Positions 1 to 13,100 of a stretch of DNA of 64,000 nucleotides are shown piece after piece. Both the position numbers and the translations under genes were made by a program. Source of the stretch: Macrostomum lignano (taxonomy: Eukaryota); the NCBI GenBank assembly GCA_002269645.1, contig NIVC01003487.1:31332-95331 (forward strand), given 5' to 3'. The notes below the pieces were generated by a model. It searched no databases. It was not told the origin of the DNA and saw only the letters and a program-made list of their open reading frames with translations. Position 1 is the stretch's first letter, and each line of letters opens with the position of its first letter.

Positions 1-480
1 TGTTAGCAAAATGGGAATTTGTGAGGGCGCAGGCCTGGAGGCGGCTGATGACAAACTGATCCGCAGATTATGCTGGCTGCTAATGCTGATGAGGCAGTCT
101 TACGCTGTCTTACGCTGTAGCTTGGTAAAGCCGTATTGTCTCCAGTAGGATCGAAGACGCGTTGATGGCGAAGCTGGTATTGTTCCCATGCCAGTTGGTT
201 GGATCGGTGGCTTTAGAAGACGCTGCTGGTAGAAGACGCTGTCGGTAACTTGTGTGCCTACGACTGCCTACCTCATTGAGGGTCAAGTGAAGAGAAGAGA
301 CTGTGCTAATGTTTTACTCAAACTACACTGCAATTTCAGGCACTACTATGCTACAAATACATCAACTCGGCGGCTCATGCAACAGCTGAAGATAGTCAAC
401 TAACACATAGCTATCCAATCTCTTCTCATGGAGTTCAACAGGGTGCTGCCAATCACAGACAAGAAAATCCCCCAGCTGCC

Positions 481-2042
481 TTCGACATCCCTAAAATTCT
501 GCGGGACTCCGATGCCAGGGCTCTCATCTCCAAGGAATATCCTCAATACTTGAAGACTTACCTGAGCTTCAAATACAACCTGCAGTACTCCGATGCCGTT
601 CGATACGTCATCCTGCACCGGTTCGGAGGTGCTGCACTTGCACTTTTTATGGAGTCACAAAATGTGGTGCATCCAAGATCTCCACCAAAATGCTCATATC
701 TTGGTCCGAATTCTCCCAGATCTCCATCAGAATCCTCACAGATCTCCATCATAATCCTCCCAAATCTCCATTAGAATCCTCACAGATATCCATCAGAATT
801 TCCCAGATCTCCATCAGAATCCTCCCAAATCTCCATTAGAATCATCCCAGATCTCCATCAGAATCCTCCCAGATCTTCATCAGAATTCCCATTAGAATCA
901 TCCATCAGAATCTCAATCAGATCTCCATCAGAATCTCAATCAGATCTCCATCAGAATCTCAATCAGATCTCCATCAGAATCCTCTCAGATTTTCCTATCA
1001 ACTGTTGCTTTCTTTCAGGCATCTACCTGGACATGGACGTCGAATGCGTGAAGCCGTTCGGACCAAGCCTCACCCAGCAGGCGGCCTTCATCGACCAGGA
1101 GCGGCTGGAGCTGACCAGAATCATTCATGACGCCAATTTCAGCGCCATGAACTCCCTGATAGGCTCGGTGCCGGGGCATCCCTTCTTCAGATCCATGATG
1201 CACAAAGTGCTCGCCAAGAGGCTGCCCGGTACAGCTATCGTCTCCACTGGCCCGATGGTTCTCACACAGGTGTACAAGAACTATAGAGACAGCCGGTCTG
1301 CCCGCAGCTGGCCGGTGACGCTGCTGCCACCCAGCGTGGCCTCCCTGCTGATGACTGACAGACCAACTGGACGAGTGTCTGCCGCGGAGCCAGTGAGTCT
1401 CCAGCTTGGTATTCTGCATGCAGAGAGCAGATAGCTGGAATTGCCGGGGCAATGCGACTTTCAGTTTATTATACGTAATCTCACCGCTTGCCTCTCTCTC
1501 TTTCTTCCTCCTATTCCTAGTCATATATCTCATATTATTATTTCCTGCTTGTCTCCGCTTTCTTTCCGATTATATACATTTCTGCTCCGATCTCCGCCCA
1601 TACCCGCTAATCTCCGCTCTCTACCCGCTGATCTCCACTTTCTAACCGCTAATATTCGCTCTCTTCCTAATCTCTCCCCTCTCACTCTTGTCCACACTTG
1701 TATCCCACTGTCTCCGCGATCTCCCCTGTGTAGATCTCTCTTCTAGATTCGCATATCCTTTCCCAATCCCTAATTAGTTCGCTCTCTACCCCCTTTCTCC
1801 GCTGATCAAAAAACGAAACGCTCCTCTTTGCAGAACCGCCCGAGAGAAAGAATCTTCTTCGCTGGCTGGATCGCGGCTGTCGCATGCTGAAGTTGAAGAA
1901 CTGGAGCATGGATGACTCTGACAACAGCACTGTGGCTGTGCACCGCTTCCTGCACCTGGGCTATGATTACATGAGGAAAAGCTGGAAGCCGCTGTTTAAT
2001 GTCACTGAGACTTTCAAGCCTAGAGTGAGATACTACAGCTAG
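481..2042 (+). CDS. Glycosyltransferase family 32 (Gly_transf_sug/OCH1-SUR1-like, DXD), 3' exons: ~481-628, 1019-~1408, 1834-2042; 5' end not resolved
   Basis: The exon 1 frame reads ...[30 protein letters not shown] and joins across a phase-1 GT-AG intron (629-1018) to [14 protein letters not shown] (DXD motif), later STGPMVL. Last exon after tttgcag (1833) ends YYS-TAG at 2042. The exon 2 donor is uncertain. Confidence 0.8.
705..990. repeat. Intronic ~20-bp minisatellite (cagatctccatcagaatcct)
   Basis: Degenerate tandem copies visible inside the glycosyltransferase intron. Confidence 0.85.
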
Positions 2043-2146
2043 CAGGTGCAGTACGTATTTGGCGTGTTGAACTGGCTGCATTTTTGCTTTGATGGCAAAT
2101 TAATGCTCCACCAACCATACCATTAATCGCCTAGCCCCAAACCCTC

Positions 2147-2340
2147 AATATCGATCGAGAAGCCCATAACCCTCGATATCGACCGAGAAGCCCATAACCC
2201 TCGATATCGATCGAGAAGCCCATAACCCTCGATATCGATCGAAAAGCCCATAACCCTCGATATCGATCGAGAAGCCCATAACCCTCGATATCGATCGCGA
2301 AGCCCATAACCCTCGATATCGATCGCGAAGCCCCAACCTC
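2147..2340. repeat. 28-bp tandem repeat (agcccataaccctcgatatcgatcgaga), ~7 copies
   Basis: Direct period of 28; contains the palindromic core tcgatatcga. Confidence 0.9.
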
Positions 2341-4177
2341 TCAGTATCGAGGTTAAAAAACGTTTTCTAAAAAACTGTTTTACGAGTAATAACCGTTTTC
2401 CGAAGACTTTGAAAACTATTTTTGCCAAACCGTTATCGTCTATATCTAAGATTTTCACAGTTTGTTAAAAAAAGTTGAGTTGTAGTTCCATGGCTAAATA
2501 TACCCGCAAAAATGGATGCCTTTTCTCGCACTATTTTATTTATTTCAACGTAGGGCGGATAAACAGGGAATCTGGCTTAGTGAGGTGAATATTAAAATCT
2601 AATCAGTGTACATGTACATGCATCAAATAGTTCTGGCATTAGCAAAGTAAAAGTAAGAAAATGTATGTGCAATAATGTTAAGACGCTGTAGGTACATGAT
2701 AGATGACCGCCGCATAGTGGGAGTAACAACTCACTGCGTAAGGGTGCACAAGTCTGCGCTGCTGGTATTGTACATGAGCATTATTATTATTAAACAGACA
2801 GCCACAGGGGTCAGCGAAGCACACGCTGGTGGAAAGCAGCTGAGTCCCGCCTTAGTTGCAGACCGAGGAGTACGAGAGACCCAGAGCCTGACTCAGCCTG
2901 TAAATCAGAGAGAAAAGTATCCGCCAGAGTGGTGCAGCGAGTATGGCTCCGACGGAGTCTTCAACAGGGTGGCCTGAGTGCAGGTCGGCGAGCGGGGCCC
3001 CTTAACATCTGGCGTCGCCTTTGCAAGGTGCGGCCCTGGGCGGCACGCGGGTAGCAGTCAGCAAGTCATGGGAACAGCCTCCAGCCCGTAAGGTCAGCAC
3101 CTCAACTGCCGAGCGGAATATAGAGCGGGGACTAAAAGTCCCCTGAATAGGGCGACCTTCAGGCTGTCGGTGTCGAGCCGGCAGTTGCAGATAAAGCAGC
3201 AAATTAATTTGCCAATATCGAGTTGCATGTAATTTTAATGAAACGAGGTGAGGATAGGACTGCCAGTCCCTTTTGCAGTTTTCAGTATGTTTGATTCTTC
3301 CAAAATGCATTCCCTGCATCTCGGCCGTCTGCAGATGGTTAAGAAACATACACTGCACGAATGCACCTGTGTATCTGTGTATTGAAGCTTGCAGCTGTGG
3401 TCAGCAACAGTGCTTTCTGCATCGGTCGATGACAACAAATAGCAATAGGCCTACCCAATTTTTTACACGAGTTAAAAAGCTAATTAAGTCGTTTCTCGTA
3501 TACTTACTTCGCTAGCAGGAATTCGGTCCGATCCACGCTCGATCTTCTAGGCGTACACAACTTCTGTAGTTCCTTGTCATTGGTTGTGTATAGTGTACGC
3601 AAGTTTCACTTCCTTTGTGCAAAAGAAGGTGCTTAATACTGCATTCCTGTTTGCTATCCAGCCGCTACCTCTTTTTTCACGATCCAATTGGAAATGAAAC
3701 GTCTGGTTGTAGACTTGTGTGTGGAAGTTCTGGCTGAGGGTTGGAGTTGCAGGTAAACGAAGTTTGGAGAGGCTTACTGCTGTATGTCGGCAACAGTTGT
3801 CAGGTCATTGGCTGGCCTCCGGACGAACTGGAGACGGGAGGGGAATCGGGATCACGTACCCGCGCCTGTTGCGTAGGAGGATCGCGAGGCAGCCGACATG
3901 GGGTTGTTCGACTCGGTTTCGGGCCTTCGTCATGGATTGCGCTCCTATAAAAGTGCCTGAACTGCTTCAGGCCGCGGCAGTAGGCATTTCCGCGTCTAAA
4001 TATTTCTGCTACTGCTTGCCCTCTGTTTCTATTCCACTAGGATAGTACCAGCTGCCTGCACCTTCTGGATCCGTTCAATCCTCGCTGCAATTGTTTATTT
4101 GCAATATATACAAGTCAAATTAGGACCAAATTGAAATCCCTATCATTAAGTCTTTAGTCTCGCGGCAGTAAAGATTC

Positions 4178-7100
4178 ATGCAGGACAGTAACAACAAACA
4201 GTGCAGACATCAGCATCATCAGCACCGTCACCATCAGCATCATCATCATGGTCAGAGTCAAAGCAGCAGCCAGCAGCCGCAGCAGCAAAAACAGTCAAAT
4301 CAGCAACTCTCACAATCGCAATCGCATTTGCAATTCGATCGTTTCTTCGATTTTGACTTTGCTTCGTCGAGCACCGGCACTGGCACTGCGGTTGTGAAAG
4401 TAAGCCCCCAATTATGCATCACTTATTTCAGGGTCAGGAACGTCTGAGGGCACTTATAATAAGAACAGTACTAGGAAGTCAGGAACTGTAGTAAGCAACA
4501 ATTCATTTTAATAGAAAATTTCACGTAACCATACGACGAGTACCATTTAACATTTAACAATACCATACCATTATAAACAAAAATATAATCATTACCGTAT
4601 AAATATTTTTATCCAATGACTATTTTATCATCATGTAGACCCTAACCTAACGTTCGTACGCTACGGGGGGCTTGATTTCCAGATGACTCACCGCTCGTTT
4701 CGTCTATATAGCACAAGCACACGCTGTTTGGGGGGGAGGGGGTCAGCTCTGCTTTCCCCCCCACAGTAGGGTAAATCATCAGCTGAGAGAGACATCGAGA
4801 GGGAGAACAAAGCGGGCGCGCACAAGTGAACGCTCCAACCCCGCGATGTGTACATTAAGATGGGGGTGTGGGTTTGATATCGACCAGTCCGGGCGAATCC
4901 ACGCTCAGTCCTTATAGAACTGAAACCCCCCCCCTCGATCCACCTCTCTGCCCCCTCCACTAAAGCCCAATTTTCTTACCCTTATCACTTCAACAGCCAT
5001 CTGTACGAAAAAAGTGTCCTACAAGCGCAGCCACCTCGTGCTTTAATAACAACAACAAGCGAAATTTAGCAGCCAGCGATAGTGCCAGTGGCGGCGCTGA
5101 GCCTAGTAGTGTCTCCATATCAGCGGCGCAGCCAGATAACTGTCACAGGCACAGCGATATCCATTTGCACCGGCCTCCAAATAAGGCAAAACAAGCGCAA
5201 CAGCAACAGGAAGAAGAGTCCGACTGTATTGCTTTGCGTCGAAGTTTCTCTCAGATAGCGCAACGCTCCCGGCCTAATAGCTGTGCTATTAAGCTGCGCT
5301 CCTATTCCCAATCTCAATCTCAATCTTCGGCATTCGACGGCGCAGCCGATGCCGCCGCGCCTGATCCGTTCGCTTATCAGGATCGATATCCCTACAATAG
5401 CAGTGCCTGCGGCGGCGACTCCAACTTCAACAAGAGAATGAGCGCGGCTAACAATTCCAGGCGTAGCTCGCGGATTAAGCTACCCAGCACCCGGGCCGAG
5501 TCCAGAGACGAAGGCAATTTCTTTTATCCGGCCGACAGTCTCAGATTGTACGGCCACGCGCAGCTTGTCAACTGCGAGCTCGACGATGAGTCAGACTCTG
5601 GCGCATCCAGCCTGCCTTCGTCTAATGGTTCAACATTGAACTCTTCCTGCGCTTCCATTGATCTGGTGCGATGCAATCGGACCGCATTTGAAGGTGGGAA
5701 ACTGACTGCGTGATTACTGAATTGATATTGATTCTGACTCCTCAGCAGAGACTGACTCCTTTGACAGAGACTTGTACTTCTACTCGCTATACATGGCTTG
5801 ACTGACTTGACTAGTTTGACTTGCCTCACTCCGTCGTCAGATTTTAACTTTAATTATCTGAACTTATTAAGTCTCCTCAGAGACTTGCTCCCCTCTTCAG
5901 CGACTCGTTCCCTTACCTTAGACTTTTTCCCTCCTCAGAGACTCATTCCCCTCCTCAGAGACTCGTTCCCCTCCTCAGATACTCGTTCCCCTCCTCAGAG
6001 ACTTCTTCCCCTCCTCAGAGACTCGTTCCCCTCCTCAGAGACTCGTTCCCCTCCTCAGAGACTCATTCTCCTCTTCAGAGACTCGTTCCCCTCCTCAGAT
6101 ACTCGTTCCCCTCCTCAGAGACTTCTTCCCCTCCTCAGAGACTCGTTCCCCTCCTCAGAGACTCGTTCCCCTCCTCAGAGACTCATTCTCCTCTTCAGAG
6201 ACTCGTTCCCCTCCTCAGAGACTCGTTCCCCTCCTCAGAGACTTCTTCCCCTCCTCAGAGACTTCTTCCCCTCCTCAGAGACTCATTCCCCTCCTCAGAG
6301 ACTCGTTTCCCCCCTCAGAGACTCGTTCCCCTCCTAAAAGAATTGCACTGTACACTAAAATTAGGCATGATGCAGTACTGCAATTCGCGCATGTTGCACA
6401 GGCTTGACCACTCACTGAACTGTCAGTCTTGTCTCAGTTGTTTGTAGCCACAGTCACGACAACCAGGCATGACTGACAGCTGCAGAACATGACATGAAAT
6501 TTATTTATAGCAATGCTGCATTGCTTTGATCATTTGTTTGTTTATTCTGTGCTGCCTGCTTTCACTTATCAGGAAATTGGCATTAATAGAAGTTATCTGG
6601 AGTACACGACAAGTATTTGCTCGCACTCTTATTTAAGCTGCTCAAATTTTTATGGCTTGAGAAATTATGAAAACCGGAAAAGATAATACCAGACAAAAAT
6701 AAGACAGAAGTTTGATGCAAACTGATGCAAAACTTCTGAAATCACTGACGACTAGGCTGAAGAGACAATCCAGGGAACATGATGAATAATTGACTTGAAC
6801 ATTTGCACTGGCCTAATGTACATCCTCAGTAGGTCCTGTACATCGCCAGTAGCAGTCCGCTAACATTCGCTAGCAGAGGGCAGGGAAGGAAGGGTGAGGC
6901 TGGCCCTGCCCTACAATCCCGGACTTTTTTGTACGCTCCATCCAAAACTGCTCCGTCAGGGCCTTTATAGTCTAGCCTGACTAACCCAGCTTTGCATAGC
7001 CTTTGAAAATCCTTTCCCCTGCGGGGGGAACAGATCAGATGAAGGATTTGGGAAAGGGGAAGAGAGGGGGAATCGGGTGCGAGAGAGAGAATGAGGTCGG

Positions 7101-10100
7101 TCCGATCCGAGTGCAAAATTCTATTTGCGAGTAGATGAGGATAATCCATAGGCCTGGAGGCGTCTTTTTATGATGGCGGTTTTTGTCACTAACACCGCTA
7201 GGGACCATCGGGCAGCATCGTCAAATGGCTCAGCTAAAAACTTTCAGCCAGATGGATTTAGTTCAGTTTAGATGGATTTAGTTCAGTTTAGGCGGGTTTA
7301 GTTTATTTTATATGGATTTAGTTTAGTTTAGGTAGTACCTAATGGGTAGGTTTATTTCAATTTAGGTGGGTTTAGTTCAGTTTAGATGGATTTAGTTCAG
7401 TTTAGGCGGGTTTAGTTCATTTTATATGGATTTAGTTTAGTTTAGGATAGGTAGTACCTAATAGGTAGGTTTATTTCAATTTAGGTGAGTTTAGTTCAGT
7501 TTAGGTGAGTTTAGTTCAGTTTAGATGAGTTTAGTTCAGTTTAGATGAGTTTAGTTCAGTTTAGGTGAGTTTAGTTCAGTTTATATGAGTTTAGTTCAGT
7601 TTAGATGAGTTTAGTTCAGTTTAGGTGAGTTTAGTTCAGTTTAGATGAGTTTAGTTCAGTTTAGGTGAGTTTAGTTCATTTTAGATGGATTTAGTTCAGT
7701 TTAGGTGGGTTTAGTTCAGTTTATTAGGTGGGTTTAGTTCAGTTTAGATAGATTTCCTTTACATCAGAAACATTTTAGTTCAGTCCCGTGTTGGGGAAGC
7801 AACAAAGAAAATATTAATATTATTTTTTCGAATGAACTGTACAGAAGCCTTGTACAGTCACTATTGGTGATTTCTTGAAGAAAATAGTCTGATATCAGCA
7901 ATGTCCCTTGAGCCTTGCGTACTGTTTTTAAAAGTTGATTTTTAATCTTTCCAACACCTCCCACTTTCAAGCAGCTTCCTCGGGCTCTCCGCAGCATCGA
8001 CGAATCTCCAGCAGCGAAGACCAGCCGGCTGCCTCTCAGCATCCTCAACCTCATCACCAGCATCCTACTCAGCAGCCGCACCTGCTGGCCGAGTTTAGCA
8101 AGTTCAAGAATGACAGCGGCACCTTCACGGACTCCGAGATGTCACCGGAATTCCGCGGCTGCACACCTGACAAGGTTGGTCACTTTTTAATCTTGACCAG
8201 ATTCCTAGGACTAGTTCTCCTTGGTCAGCTTTTTATCTCACTCTGTCGTTGGGTCAGTCTCTGTCTGGGGGTTGACTCATCCTCAGCGCTGAGTGCACAG
8301 TTGGGTCTCGCTCAAGTTTTACAATTCACAGTCATTGACAAGCCTGCCCAGGCTCTATCATGATTCATTAGTCTGAGTTCCATGCTGGCAGTGTCCAAGT
8401 GCATGTGTGCACTATCTGCAATAGCGCTTGAGGGCTCGGTCTTGGCTGCAAAGTGGCTTTACTTGTGCGCTGCTCAGGCTCAGGTTCTCAGTTGCTACAT
8501 TGGCTATACCGTAGAGCTTTCGGCTTGGCTTACTGTTATTACAGCGCTAAATTGGCCAAATTGCACCTGCCACTATGGGCTTACTATAAGGCTTTAACTA
8601 TTTATTATAACTAACTATGCAGCACAACCAGCCAAGTATAAAACACAGTTTCCACACGGCGCGACTGGCTACAAAAAGAATTAATTAAAAATCATACTTG
8701 TGTAGCTTGTGTATTTTCCATAGTGTTAACTGGATCTGCCGGTTCCAGCCCAATTCGGAATACACTTCCTTTTTTTAGCGTAGTTCGCAGCCGTAGTTTC
8801 CCCTGCGCATGCTGCGTTGGTGCTGCATTCTACAGCTGGAATATGATTTGCATTTAGTGCCCGCAGCCAGCGCCACACTGCTGGATGGCTGCGCAGTTGC
8901 CAGTTTTCTCTTCGCTTAGCCTACAGACCGACTCAAATTTCACGGCATTATGCGTGCCTTCATGGCTAACTGATTTCGGGGGGGGGGGTATTTCTTCTTC
9001 AAATTGACCTCCCAAGACTGGTTTAACCAGCCAGCTCGTCTGTTCAAGTGTTGCAGCTGTGGGCTTGCTGGTCATTCTCACGAGTTTCTCCAGTTTCCTG
9101 GCTCTTTGCACAGGGGGCAGGTTCTATAACTCTGCAATCTCATAAATCTGGGAGCTCAATAATCAGTCCAATTTGACCTAACAAAGAGTTTTACCTGGAT
9201 CTGACTTTCATGAACGTTTCTCGCTTTGCTACCTCTGACTCTCCCTTCTCACTCCCTACTCCTTAGTTCTACATCCACCTAGCCTGACTCTATCCCTTCT
9301 CACTCCCTACTCCTTAGCTCTACATCAACCTAGCCTGACTCTATCCCTTCTCACTCCCTACTCCTTAGCTCTATATCCACCTACCCTGACTCTATCCCTT
9401 CTCACTCCCTACTCCTTAGCTCTATATCCACCTACCCTGACTCTATCCCTTCTCACTCCCTACTCCTTAGCTCTACATCAACCTAGCCTGACTCTATCCC
9501 TTCTCACTCCCTACTCCTTAGCTCTATATCCACCTAGCCCTAGCTCCGCCTCTCCCTTTACTTCCTCCCCTCTGCCTCCCTCTACCCTCTGCCTCCCTCT
9601 CTACCTCCCTCTCCCCTCTGCCTCCTCTGCCTCCTGCCCTTTCTGCCTTTCTCTCCGAATCTACGTGTACTCATCTCCCCTTCCCTTCTCACTCTTCGGA
9701 GAGGGGCCTCTCTTCCCTCCCCACAACATAGCGTCAGCCCCGATAGCCCCAATATAAAGCTATGGAAGTTCAAGCCGCTGCAATTACACAGTCTGCCTCC
9801 AAGTTATCGTAATTATAAAAAACCATTTCGTGGTTTACTAGTAAGAGCCTTATTTACGAGTAAACCCAGTTAAATTTTAAACTGTTCGACTGGTAATCTA
9901 TACGCCTGTCTAGGCCTAGCTGCTGTTGAGAATGTACATGCACTATAACATTGATAATGAGTTCTAATGTTAAGGTTAGAAGTGGCGCTTAAACTCAGTC
10001 ACATAGTCTGATTGGAGTCGGCTGGCTGCGTGTCTGCGAACTGGCTTGTCATGTATCCAGGCGGGGTTGGCGAGACTATCCCCTATATTATTTATAGTTT

Positions 10101-13100
10101 ATATTCTATAATATTTTGTGTGCCAGACCCAGACAAGGTGTCACCATTTTAACAGTCCAGGCACCCGATAACATGTGCTTTTGTATCCGTGATTCCTGTG
10201 ATCGGGGAACAATAGAGATCAAAATCCTTTGGTTTCCAATAGGGATCAGAATCCTATGGTTTCCTATAGGGATCAGAATCCTATGATCTTCAATAGGGAT
10301 CAGAATCCTATGGTTTCCAATAGGGATCAGAATCCTATGGTTTCCTATAGGGATCAGAATCCTATGATCTTCAATAGGGATCAGAATCCTATGGTTTCCA
10401 ATAGGGATCAGAATCCTATGGTTTCCAATAGGGATCAGAATCCTATGATTTCCAATAGGGATCAGAATCCTATGATTTCCAATAGGGATCAGAATCCTAT
10501 GATTTCCAATAGGGATCAGAATCCTATGATCTTCAATAGGGATCAGAATCCTATGGTTTCCAATAGGGATCAGAATCCTATGGTTTCCTATAGGGATCAG
10601 AATCCTATGATCTTCAATAGGGATCAGAATCCTATGGTTTCCAATAGGGATCAGAATACTATGGTTTCCAATAGGGATCAGAATCCTATGATTTCCAATA
10701 GGGATCAGAATCCTATGATTTCCAATAGGGATCAGAATCCTATGATTTCCAATAGGGATCAGAATCCTATGGTTTCCAATAGGGATCAGAATCCTATGAT
10801 TTCCAATAGGGATCAGAATCCTATGATTTCCAGTAGGGATCAGAATCCTATGGTTTCCAATAGGGATCAGAATCCTATGGTTTCCAATAGGGATCAGAAT
10901 CCTATGATTTCCAATAGGGATCAGAATCCTATGATTTCCAATAGGGATCAGAATCCTATGGTTTCCAATAGGGATCAGAATCCTATGATTTCCAATAGGG
11001 ATCAGAATCCTATGATTTCCAATAGGGATCAGAATCCTATGATCTTCAATAGGGATCAGAATCCTATGGTTTCCAATGGGGATCAGAATCCTATGGTTTC
11101 CAATAGGGATCAGAATCCTATGATTTCCAATAGGGATCAGAATCCTATGATTTCCAATAGGGATCAGAATCCTATGATTTCCAATAGGGATCAGAATCCT
11201 ATGGTTTCCAATGGGGATCAGAATCCTATGGTTTCCAATAGGGATCAGAATCCTATGGTTTCCAATAGGGATCAGAATCCTATGATTTCCTATAGGGATC
11301 AGAATCCTATGATCTTCAATAGGGATCAGAATCCTATGGTTTCCAATAGGGATCAGAATACTATGGTTTCCAATAGGGATCAGAATCCTATGATTTCCAA
11401 TAGGGATCAGAATCCTATGGTTTCCAATAGGGATCAGAATCCTATGGTTTCCAATAGGGATCAGAATCCTATGGTTTCCAATAGGGATCAGAATCCTATG
11501 ATTTCCAATAGGGATCAGAATCCTATGATTTCCAATAGGGATCAGAATCCTATGGTTTCCAATAGGGATCAGAATCCTATGATTTCCAATAGGGATCAGA
11601 ATCCTATGATTTCCAATAGGGATCAGAATCCTATGATCTTCAATAGGGATCAGAATCCTATGGTTTCCAATGGGGATCAGAATCCTATGGTTTCCAATAG
11701 GGATCAGAATCCTATGGTTTCCAATAGGGATCAGAATCCTATGATCTTCAATAGGGATCAGAATCCTATGGTTTCCAATAGGGATCAGAATCCTATGGTT
11801 TCCAATAGGGATCAGAATCCTATGATCTTCAATGGGGATCAGAATCCTATGATCTCCAATAGGGATCAGAATCCTATGCTTTCCAATAGGGATCAAAATC
11901 CTATGATCTTCAATGGGGATCAGAATCCTATGATCTCCAATAGGGATCAGAATCCTATGGTTTCCAATAGGGATCAGAATCCCACCCATAACAATAGGGA
12001 TCAGAATCCCGGCCCTCGTTTCCAGCACACCACACAACTTAAAAAGCATGCTCACGGAGCAGAGACGAGACTCACTGTCCTCACTTACCCCACTGCACCA
12101 GGACGCCACCCCACCAAGCAGCAGCAGCAGGCGGAGGAGTCTCCTGAACCACCCGGCGACCTGTCCGATGCGTCAATCAAAAGCCGCAGCACCTTGAACA
12201 GCATAGTCACCGTCATCGAGAGGACGCATCGACGCTCCAGCAGCGGCCAGCAGCAGCCGCAGCAGCAGCTCGTCCTGCTGCCCGACTCCGACAGCAACGG
12301 CGAGAGCGACGGCGAAGAAGGCGGCAGTCCGCGCTGCCAGCTTCGCCGAAGCCAGCAGCAAAGCAAGCAGTCCGGGCAAAAGCAGCGAAAACAGCAGCCG
12401 CAGCCGCAGCAGTCCTCGGGTGACCGGTCGTCTTCGTCGACGCTCGACGGCGACGAAGAGGTGCCGGCGTCGCCGACCTCCCCTGAAGAGGCCGGAGCTG
12501 CCACCGCCGCATCCGCTGAGGACTTCGATGATAAAGATGGAGCGGAGTCTGAGGTAGGCTTGAAGGGTCTGTCCGTGTGTGTCTGTCTGTCCGCATGTGT
12601 CTCTGTGTGTCTGTCAGTCCGTCTGTCCGCATGTCTGTCTGTCTGTCAGCCCGTCTGTCCGCATGTCTGTCTGTCTGTCAGTCCGTCTGTCCGCATGTCT
12701 GTCTGTCTGTCAGTCCGTCTGTCCGTCTGCCTGTCAGTCCGTCTGTCCGCATGTCTATCCTAATTCCTGTCCGCCTGTAGGCCTCCGACCTCACCAGCAT
12801 CTCGGCGGCCGGAGCCTGGGACTACAGCCTCATCCGCTCGCAGCTGCAGTACGAGTTCAACACCTGGGACCGGCCGGCCATTCGCACCTTCGGCATCCGC
12901 GTCCGCGAGATCCAGTGCCCGCCCTCCGAGACCGTCATCGCCGGCTGGACGGACGAGGAGCTGCTCGCCAGGGTCCGCCAGCTCGGCCGCCTCCGCGGCG
13001 CCGCCGTCCGCCTCAACCCGGCGACGCGGCAGTTCAGCGGCCGGGTCCGCGTGCACGTCAACCTGATCCGGCCCATCCGGCTCGGCCGCTCGGAGCTGCC

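Noticed and set aside
6826-7149. 107-aa minus-strand ORF
   Set aside because: No recognisable motif or splice support.
10106-12763. 667-aa and 844-aa ORFs
   Set aside because: Read-through of a 27-bp satellite; only 12026-12553 is a supported exon.
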